64,000 nt of DNA from Octopus sinensis (Eukaryota). The stretch is taken from NCBI RefSeq assembly GCF_006345805.1, contig NC_043001.1, forward strand, positions 82,212,001-82,276,000, given 5' to 3'. Shown piece after piece: positions 55,079 through 64,000 of the stretch. The notes beneath the pieces were generated by a model. The model was not told the DNA's origin and made no database searches. It saw only the letters and a program-made list of their open reading frames with translations. A program made the translations under genes and the position numbers. How positions within the stretch are numbered: the stretch's first letter is position 1; each line of letters starts with the position of its first letter.

Positions 55079-55750
55079 GTTTCTGTCTCTCTCTCTTTCC
55101 CTTCCTCTCTCTCCCTCTCTCCCTTCTCTCTGTAATTGTGTCTTTTTTCTCTTTCTTTTGTCTCAGCAATGTGATATTATTTCTTCTTCTTCTTCTTCTT
55201 CTTCTTCTTTTCCTCCTCCTCCTTCCTTCCTTCATCCCTTCCTTCCTTCCTCCTCCTCCTGCCTTCCTTCCTTCCTTCATCCCTTCCTTCCTTCCTTCCT
55301 TCCTTCCTTCCTTCCTTCCTTCCTCCTCCTCCCCTGCCTCCTCCTCCTCTGCCTTCAAGCTCTTCCCGCTTTTACCATTTCCCCTCTGATTTGTTAATAA
55401 GTTCTTCCTATTCCCGCAACTCCATTTTTTTTATTGTATTTTGTTTCCGTCTTTTTGTTTTCCCTTTCAGTTTTGCTTTGATCCTTTTACGCATCCTTTT
55501 TTCTCTCCTCTGTCTGTCCGTCTGCCCATCTGCCCGTCTGTCCCTCTACTCCTTTCTCTCTCTCTCTCTCCTTCCCTCACTCCCTCTTTCTATCCGTAAC
55601 AAGTACGACCTTCTATCAGTCAACGCTCCTATTTTCCTCTCTTTCTCTTTCTCTCTCTCTCTCCTCTCTCTCTCTCTGCCCCTTTCTCGCTCACCCAAAC
55701 TCTCTCTCTTCCCTTCTCTCTCCATTTTTCACCGATCTCTTCCATCTTAC
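54520..55750. repeat. ~1.2-kb pyrimidine-rich (CT/CCTT/CTT) low-complexity tract
   Basis: Directly visible; source of the 200-260 aa S/L/F ORFs. Confidence 0.9.
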
Positions 55751-56119
55751 CAACCAACACACAAATCCCATCAAGCCATCTCGCCAACCAATATGTCAGT
55801 TCTACTCTATAACAGTTGTTTCACATAAATACTAGATAAAAAAAAAGCAGCAAAAAAACCCCCCAAAAAAACCCAAAGCAAAACAAAAACCACGTACAGC
55901 CTATAGCTTCTCTATCGATTGATTTCTCTCAATGAAGGCTCATGCAATCAGGTGAACTTTTAACCAACATTTGTATCATCCTTTGGCTCTAGTACCGCAT
56001 AACATTCTCTACATTTACAGTCTCAGAATACTCTCATCTTTTTTGCTACCAACTTTGTTTCCCCTCCACGCAAAAATGCTCCTATACAACTTCACAGTCT
56101 TTTTATTAAACTGGTGAGT

Positions 56120-57150
56120 AGGCGGCGAGCTGGCAGAACCGTTAGCACGCTGGACGAAATGCTTAGCGGAATTTCGTCTGCCGCTACATTCTGATTTCAA
56201 ATTCCACCGAAGTCGACTTCTCCTTTCATCCTTTTGGGGTCGATAAATTAAGTACCAGTTACGTACTGGGGTCGATATAATCGACTTAATCTGTTTGTCT
56301 GTCCTTGTTTCTCCTCTCTGTGTTTAGCCCCTAGTGGGTAATAAAGAAGTAGGTATTTCGCCCGTCGGTAAGTTGTGAGTTCAAATTCCGCCGAAGTCGA
56401 CTTTGCCTTTTACCCTTATGGGGTCAATTAAATAACTACCAGTTACGCATGCAATCGACTTAAACCCTTGCCCCAAATTTGAGGCCTTGTGCTTCCAGTA
56501 GAAAGAATTATTAAAGTGGTGAATTGGTGGCAAGCTAGCAGAAGCATTGGCACGTCGGGCGAAATGCTTAGCGGTATTTAGTCTACCGTTACGTTCTGAG
56601 TTCAAATTCCGCCGAGGTCGACTTTGCCTTTCCTCCTTTCGGGGTCGATAGATTAAGTACCAGTTACGCGCTGGGGTTGATATAATGGACTTAATCCGTG
56701 TGTCTGTCCTTGTTTGTCCACTCTGTGTTTAGCCCCTTGTAAGTAATAAAGAAATAGGTATTTCGCCCGTCGGTAAGTTGTGAGTTCAAATTCCGCCGAG
56801 GTCGACTTTGCCTTTCATCCATTCTGTGGGCAATAAAATAAGTACCAGTTGAACCCTGGGGTCGATGTAATCGACTTGATCCCCACCTTCCCGCTCCCAA
56901 GCTACCCTTAAGGAAAAAATTTGAAATAATTATCAAAGTGGTGTGCTATCAGAATCGTTGGCTCGCCGGACAAAATGCTTAGCGACATTTCGCCAGACAA
57001 TACGTTCTGAGTTCAAATTCCGCAGAGACCGAATTTGTCTTTCATACGTACCACTAGAGCACTGAGATCGAAGTGATCGACTATCTACCCGTCACCCCAC
57101 CAAAAAAAAAAAAAAGAAAAACTTCGGGCCTCGTGCCTATAATAGAAATA
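56120..57150 (+). mobile_element. Array of five SINE family B units with two tail1/tail2 composites
   Basis: Composite junctions at 56351/56352 and 56756/56757 (AAAGAARTA|GGTATTTCG). Confidence 0.9.
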
Positions 57151-57239
57151 ATGCAGGAGCCAGTCCTGATTTGATTAGACTTGAAACTCCAAAATACTAG
57201 CAGGGCACAGTGTGTGTACAAATGGTCCTAATACAATGA

Positions 57240-57900
57240 AACGTGATTCTTAAGTATGCTTAGGTATGGATTAACTAATTATGAGATAATCAACTTGCGT
57301 AAATAATTAATTTAATTAGACTTTAAGCTCCAGTAATGAATTACATTGACTGTTACTTCTTAGACACAAGTGATACTTAAATGAAAACGTAAGAAAAAAA
57401 AACGGGTATGGAAAGACAAATTAAGAAATTTTAATTAGACACGTAATCAGGAATTAATTAGGCTTTCTGCTCCAGCGTCAATTACTTCGCAGAAATGTTC
57501 ACTAAACCTAACTGAATCTATTCATGTCACTCAAGAACCTTTTTAGGTATGGATTTTTAATTTAAGAAGCATTTTCTACTAATCACTATGCACTAATTAA
57601 GAAGAAACATACAGAAACACTGTTTTCAAGCTACGTGATGAATGCAACATAGAAACATGTCTTAGACCCAGTTGACCCAGTCGACAAGGGAGGAAGAAAT
57701 TAAGAAACGTCCCAGGTATTGGAGGACAATAAGAAATCTTTAATTAGATCATTAATTAGGTCTTAATTAGACTTTCTGCTCCGGTTTAAATTCTTTCACA
57801 AAAATATTCGGCTCGTCAAACTAAATATAATCATAGTATGTAAGACTGATTGGTATGGATCTCTAATTTAAGAAGCATTTTGACTAATTAACATATCCTC
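57240..57900. repeat. Array of degenerate short motifs; probable transposon subterminal region
   Basis: GGTATGGA..AAT(T)AAGAA occurs ~5 times and TAATTAG(A/G)CTTT..GCTCC 3 times; an inverted partial copy lies at 60308-60379. Confidence 0.5.
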
Positions 57901-58516
57901 CTCTATTGAATATGGAAAACACCTTTAACTGAAAAAAATGTTGATTTTCCATTGCATGGCATCGGAATTCTTCCTCCATTACTGATGCTGACTTCTGTCA
58001 ACAAATAATGCATGTTGCTTTCGTTCATTCGAATAAAATTAATTTTTAAAGCAGTAATTTTTCTCTTAAAGGTGACTTGTCCTGTCACAAACTTTACAAA
58101 AATTTAAAATGACTGTTACAAGCAAAAAATGGATTAAAACTACAACAAAGGGCAACTTGCCCCTTGGACAAAAATGTCACATAAATGCAAACTGGCTATT
58201 TGAAACCAACGACGAATTGAAACGTTTACGTACCATGTGGCAGCTTTGGCCTGTTGGCAAAACCATGGCTTACTAAGCTAGATTGGATTGAAAGTATAAT
58301 AGTGAGCATCGAAACCCCTTACTCGCATTGTTGGAATTAACAAAGTTTTGTATGATGAACAAATATGTAAATACTTAACGCTAGATATTCAAATTCTCAT
58401 ACTGCCTCTAAACAACACATACGCCATGGCATTTTTAATCTATCAATACGTCTACACCAAAGAGTAGAGGTATTGGTACATGATGCCTCATTATCCAGAT
58501 GGCTGCATTGTGTATT

Positions 58517-60300
58517 CTATTCTGTACCGGAGTCTGACTGCTCGTCACCAGAGGATACGGTCAACATAGTATCCTCGTCATCACTGAACTCGTCAATGGG
58601 CAGTGATGCTGGTCTCTCCTGTCAGACTGGCAGGCAGTTCCCCGCCTTGGAACCAGATGATCGTGTATTTGTTATCGATCAGTTCCCATTCGTTATCGAT
58701 CAGTTCCCATCTGCGGTTGTTGTTCAAGCAACAATTGCCCGGCATCTCTCCAAAAGTTCGCAACGAATCTTGCACGTTGATGTTGTTGCAAAAGTTCATT
58801 GCGGCACGGTGGTAGACTGCTTGCGTCGATCCCCTTCAGTTTCTCGAGTGGATCTTTTGCTTTAACGCATGGGGAGAATGCTTTCTCGAAGACTACGTAA
58901 CGAGCGTCGTTGGTGCTGGTACAGCATATTTGGCGATATATGCGACGGGTATATCTTTCTATAACGGTGAATGTTTCCAGGTCTGGGTCGGCATCGCCTA
59001 CCTTGGCAAATGCATACTGAAATTCTGTGTTCTGCTCAAGGATTTGAAGAGGTCGTATCTTTCCTTGCCTGTCAAAAGATGTGTAGTCACAGCCTGTAAA
59101 TGTGGGAAATCCAGGCAGAGCGTTGCACATGAGAGAGCCAATTGAGTACGAATGTTTCGTGCATGTTTTTGCCAGTCGCTCGAATATCGAGCAGGCTTCT
59201 CTTCACATTTTCACTGCATGCCTTTCCCGTATGTATGTTGATCAGGTCAGTCGTGTTCGTAAGGGTGAAAGTGTTCCAGGATTTTTCTATCTGCGCGATC
59301 ACTTTTTCCAAATCTGATCGGTCTCGCATGACTCTTGCCGGTCGCTGCTCAGCTACAGTTGAATCTGTGGTGCCCATCCCTGCCATTTCCACCAGATCAG
59401 TGACAATAGCAGCACGAGATGACATGGTGAACATCCAACGGAGTCTGGCTGTATAGTTGTTCGTCATAGCTGACAACCCCGTGAGCTGAGAAGCAGCATC
59501 AGCATTGATTGTCTGTTCCAGTGTTAGATCGATAGGACACCTTGAGAACGAATTACTGGTTCTACAAATAGTGAACCCACCACGATCAAGCAAGCCTCTT
59601 AATCCATGATGTGTCTCGTCTATGTTCATAAGATCTAGCTGGTACTTCGTCATATACCTAGCGTAGTTCTGTCGATCGGTTGCGAACAGCAGAGAGATGA
59701 TCGGAGTAAGAGAGTATATAAAAGTCAACATTGATAACCATGCATTCTTTCGATGTAATCCATCCAGAATTGAGCGGTAGGTCCTCGAGCTCCGTCCTTT
59801 GTCTCTTCCGAAAATTTTATGTAATCAGAGATGACTTTCTCCAACAGATCGGAAGTAACAGCGCAAGTTGGGGTACCGAGTGCCTCTTCCACCGCAAGCT
59901 GGACTTCGATGTCGTCAGCTTCATAGCTTTGAAGGAATGCTTTGAAGTGAAGACACTCGAATACGAGAGCCATGATTGGATGCAGCCGCTTACATCTGTT
60001 GAAATGGGTGTCAGACTCGAATCCCTTCAACGATCCAGGTGTAAGTACGTTGTCGCACTCTGTAAGGATTCTTGGGTCACCTGACTCGGCCAATAGATGA
60101 AAATGGCCGAACATTATGAATATGTTGTCGAAAGTCGGACTTTCGGTATCTTGGGTTCTGATGGCAGGTTTCGCTATTGCGATGTCGTATGTCACGAAAC
60201 CATACTATTGGTTGCATTCCAAAGCGTACTTCTGTGTCAGTCACAACATCCAGTTTGTTTCAGCCACAACATCCAGTTTGCATGTTGTGGCTGAAACTCT
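58517..60300 (-). mobile_element. Academ-type (AcademX-like) DNA transposon, internally deleted: transposase core and XPG-like C-terminus
   Basis: VTYDIAIAK...FGHFH, NRCKRLH, NYARY, FSRCPIDLTLEQTINADAAS and RLRW; then ALPGFPTFTGCDY, NDARY, LPPC..L.QH.QRA.F...W; acidic tail. Family assignment is from recall of the Academ domain architecture. Confidence 0.78.
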
Positions 60301-60544
60301 ACGACTCTAAGGTTTTTTATTGTCTTCCAATGCCTGGGATGTTTCTTAATTTCTTCCTTTCATGTTAACTGGGTCTAAGATACTGAATATTACCAATTGG
60401 TTGATAACTGATGAAGAATTACGGACCTTCTGTTTGTTCCCCGTTCATTTTTACATTCAGTATACGCTATGTCGTTTGTTTATTTACCATACATTTTTTC
60501 ATTTATCATGTAATGAAACGCAATACGCACCGAATTTGTATATA

Positions 60545-60829
60545 TCTTTATATATAAAAGAAAGGTTGTGTGTCTGTCTACTCCGATTTAGATTCCTAAC
60601 TACTCCCACATTTTGCGATGCAGTTTAACCAAAACAGGGTATCTTATAGTCGTGATTCATATCGAACCCTTCTGGGTATTAGCGCGCGTCTACGATGAGT
60701 CTACGATTTTAAAAAAAATTACCATAATTTTTTTTTCCATTTTTAATGCATTTTTTGGCTATAACTCTCTAAAAATGCTTTATAGTTATTTCCCTTACAA
60801 ACCCGAGCAACTCGGGACGATACTGCTAG
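60545..60829 (+). mobile_element. Non-autonomous Helitron, shorter copy
   Basis: A|TCTTTATATATAAAAG...CCCGAG-CAA-CTCGGG hairpin (60802-60816)...CTAG|T. Confidence 0.85.
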
Positions 60830-60892
<63 letters not shown>

Positions 60893-60909
60893 CATATACA
60901 CACACATAT

Positions 60910-62233
60910 CAGTGGCGTGCGGTGACTTCTGAGGCTGATCATGCAATAAATACTTATTGGTTGAGCTGAATCATTCTGAAATTATTTCACTATGAGAACA
61001 CATTTAGTTACGTAATATGGCCATGAGTTTAGACCGTTACGCTGTCAAAGACAAATCAGCTGCTTTATTAGGCTACTCGCGAATTTCGGGAAAATAATTG
61101 GCACTCACTAATCAGGCAGTGTACTCTGTTCATTAAAAGACTACGTCTCGCGCATACGCGCGCGCGCACATTGCATATACACGCATATACTTAAGCACAC
61201 ACTCAATGAAAGACAGCAAAAATTCAACATTGTAAAAAGCCCTAAAAACACTAGCGACTCTTTTCATTTGTTGAGAATAGCAAAGATGCGAAACATCGCG
61301 ACATGCAAAAGTAAAAAAAAAGGAAGAAATGTAATTTATATTTACTTAATGATGACAGAAAACTTTAAAGAATGTAAAAGAAAATTATTTATACAAAATG
61401 ATTTATACATAAACACACACACAGACACACACACACACACACACACATCTTTCAATGTGTGTACTTATATTTATGTGTGCATGTTTTAGTCATTTTGAAA
61501 ATCCTAAAGAGATCTTATGAAAGTAATAGTGTATGTATGTGTAAGTGTATGTGAGTCGGAAAGATAATTTTAATAAATTAACGAAAGATTAATTAGCTAT
61601 ATTATATTTCTAATTTCAGAATTTTTGAAAATTTGATCAATACAAAGAATGGTTAATGATAATAATTTCAAAGCTTACGACAGAGCTAAAGAGATATTCC
61701 AGAATCAACGGCAACATTTGAGTTGACTAATTAAGAATTATGGGATTGTTGATATGTTTTGGTCAGAATTTCTACGGTCAAAAACTCAAATTCATTCAAC
61801 CATTTAGCATGTCACGTTAGCGACATCAATTACAAAGAATTGTTGACAAAGAAGAATTGATAGAAAGGGAGGGGAAAACCAAAGTTGTATATATAAACAT
61901 GCGTTTTTCTCAAAGCATGCCTTCCGTAGTTATTTTATCAGGATGAAAATGTATCATACTGACATTGACTTTGCAGATAGGCAGAAGAGAAATGATAGTT
62001 ATTGAAAGATAGGAAGGGGAGGACAAAAGATTTCATATGCATTTTTCATTAAGCATGGATACGGGAAGCAGAATGGGAATACAGTAACGTATCGAATCTG
62101 GATGGGTTTCCTTTGAAACAAAGTAACTATTTTAGCTTATCCAATGATATGGGCAGCTTTTCAATGTGGTTATAAATACATTACGTTCTTAAATTAATTT
62201 TTGAGTTATATAAAAACTAAACGGACGCCACTG
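60910..62233. mobile_element. Possible non-autonomous hAT-like element
   Basis: Ends CAGTGGCGTGCGGT and (reverse complement) CAGTGGCGTCCGTT; no 8-bp TSD, and the right end abuts the CR1. Confidence 0.3.
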
Positions 62234-63029
62234 ATAATGGGACCTGTGTCTGAACGTGTCAAAGTGCTGTCATCTGCCTGTTGGCTCTCCTCCTGCAACT
62301 CAACTTGATTTCGAGCCGGGTCGTCTGCTGCTGGAGAGGACCGATCAGGTAAAGGACCTGGGTATCTTGGTGGATTCCTCCTTTTCGCCTTCGGCCCAGT
62401 GCGTCCATGCTGCCAACAAAGCACGCGGAATTCTGTTCTTGATTCGAAGGTCATTCGGAATGCTCACAGCAGCCATATTCCTACCACTCTATGTCACGCT
62501 GGTGAGACCCATATTGGAGTACGGGATTCAAGCCTCTTCTCCTTATCTCCTCAAAGACATACAGCATCTCGAAAGAGTCCAGAAGCTGGCTACCCGCATG
62601 GTTCATGGTCTCAAAAATTTGTCCTACGAAGAAAGGCTGAGGACGCTCGACCTTTATTCTCTTGAAAAACGCCGCCGCCGTGGTGATCTCATTATCGCCC
62701 ACAACATCATAAGCGGAAAGTGTAACCTCTCGAAAGAGCTGTTCTTCACTCCTGCTCCAGAGCGTCGGCTGCGGGGTCATTCCGAAAAGCTCTACCTGCG
62801 ACGATTTCATCTCAATCGAAGGAGAGGAGCTTTCTCCGTCCGGGTTGCGGATCCGTGGAACAAGCTGCCAGACGAGATGGTGAAGATGCCAACGACCGCT
62901 TTGTTCAAAGCCTCCCTTGACCTCAAGTGGCCTGAACTCTTTACATGAACACCACCCTGTACTTAACTCCATGTCCCCCTACATGGCCTTGCTATTTGCT
63001 TTTGAGCCAAATTAACTAACTAACTAACT

Positions 63030-63032
<3 letters not shown>
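62234..63032 (+). mobile_element. CR1-clade LINE, 5'-truncated, with uninterrupted RT C-terminal ORF (62256-62948) and (TAAC)n tail
   Basis: LNVSKC, KDLGILVD, LYVTLVRPILEY, LERVQKLATR, SYEERLRTLDLYSLEKRRRRGDLI, FSVRV..WNKLP; tail at 63013-63032. Confidence 0.92.
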
Positions 63033-63075
<43 letters not shown>

Positions 63076-63077
63076 TA

Positions 63078-63274
63078 CAGGGTGTCCCAGATGTCGAGCA
63101 CCTCTCTGGTGTTTTAAAAGAATACACCCTTACTGATTTCAAAACCACATTAATCATAACAAATGCTCAAATTGAGTAGCCTCTACAATAAAACATGCAG
63201 AAAAAATATAATAAAATAAAATGCTTTAATTATTTTAAATGAAAACCAGAATAGTGCGCAACTTCTGGGACACC

Positions 63275-63277
<3 letters not shown>
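63078..63277. mobile_element. Tc1/mariner-type MITE (200 bp)
   Basis: Perfect 14-bp TIR CAGGGTGTCCCAGA, TA on both sides, non-coding AT-rich interior. Confidence 0.85.
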
Positions 63278-63330
<53 letters not shown>

Positions 63331-63393
63331 TATATATATAAAGTATAGGAAAGAATGGAGCTGAACGTAGATTTAACAAAATTCCTTTATTTT

Positions 63394-63479
63394 ATTTTCG
63401 ACATATGTTTCGAAGTCTGCAAAATCCCTAATTCCGAATGAATAAGGAGTCCATTATGCAGCTTTCTCTTCAGGAAAAT
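63394..63479 (-). ncRNA. Type I hammerhead ribozyme with canonical core, long stem II and palindromic stem III
   Basis: Reverse strand AUUUUC-CUGAAGA-G[stem II]C-GAAA-CAUAUG-UC-GAAAAU; 6-bp perfect stem I; GUC cleavage site predicted between 63400 and 63399. Confidence 0.85.
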
Positions 63480-63566
63480 CCAGGAACTTAATTCTCCAAC
63501 AAAATGCACAACAAGTTTTTCGATGACCGCTCACGAGGAGCCCATAGAGATAATGATAAATAATGT

Positions 63567-63594
63567 CTATTTATAGGGGGTGACGCCAGATTGG
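63567..63594 (-). promoter_or_regulatory. CCAAT, CRE-like and TATA cluster upstream of the hammerhead
   Basis: Reverse strand CCAAT (63594-63590), TGGCGTCA, TATAAATAG (63575-63567), ~90 nt 5' of the ribozyme. Confidence 0.45.
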
Positions 63595-64000
63595 TTGAAA
63601 GTAGGAGAAAATGTCAGTTAAAATAGTTCAAGGGTTCAATCAAGGTTGGAGAAGGAAGGTAAAGGAAAATTAAAGTGAGGGAATGTATTCTGTATGACTG
63701 GTGTTTATATTTGATTTATTTTATGAATGAGTGCTCGTATGTATGAGTGTGTAAAATTGCCTTAATGTGTGTGTGTGCGTGTCTGTGAGTGCGTGAATGT
63801 GTGTGTAGAAGGCAGAGAAAAAGAATTAACGGTCAGGAGGTGAAAAGACTGTGTCTGTGTGTTTGAATGTGTCAACTTAAGAGGGAGAGGGCGGATGGAG
63901 CCCACAATAGTAATGACAAGAGACAAGATTGCTGGAATTGGTAGTAGTTCTTAGCAAATATGAGAAAGTCTTATAAACTAAAGGGATGAGATATCACATT

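Overview
This is a eukaryotic, AT-rich window saturated with transposons and microsatellites, and I found no intact host gene that I recognise. The SINE families and microsatellite load resemble coleoid cephalopod (Octopus-like) DNA; that is an inference from recall, not verified. It carries many tRNA-derived SINEs of at least three families (here A, B, C), often nested or in fixed-junction composites. DNA transposons include a near-complete Tc1 (DD34E), deleted mariner (DD34D) copies, an internally deleted Academ-type element with an XPG-like domain, two non-autonomous Helitrons and a MITE. Retroelement remnants include CR1, RTE, R4/Dong-like LINEs and a Gypsy. The most notable hidden structures are four hammerhead-ribozyme-like motifs of the Penelope/retrozyme type (one fully canonical, downstream of a CCAAT/CRE/TATA cluster), a recurrent SINE-in-SINE junction, and a probable ectopic gene-conversion tract between SINEs 21 kb apart. 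Most ORFs in the supplied track are microsatellite artefacts.
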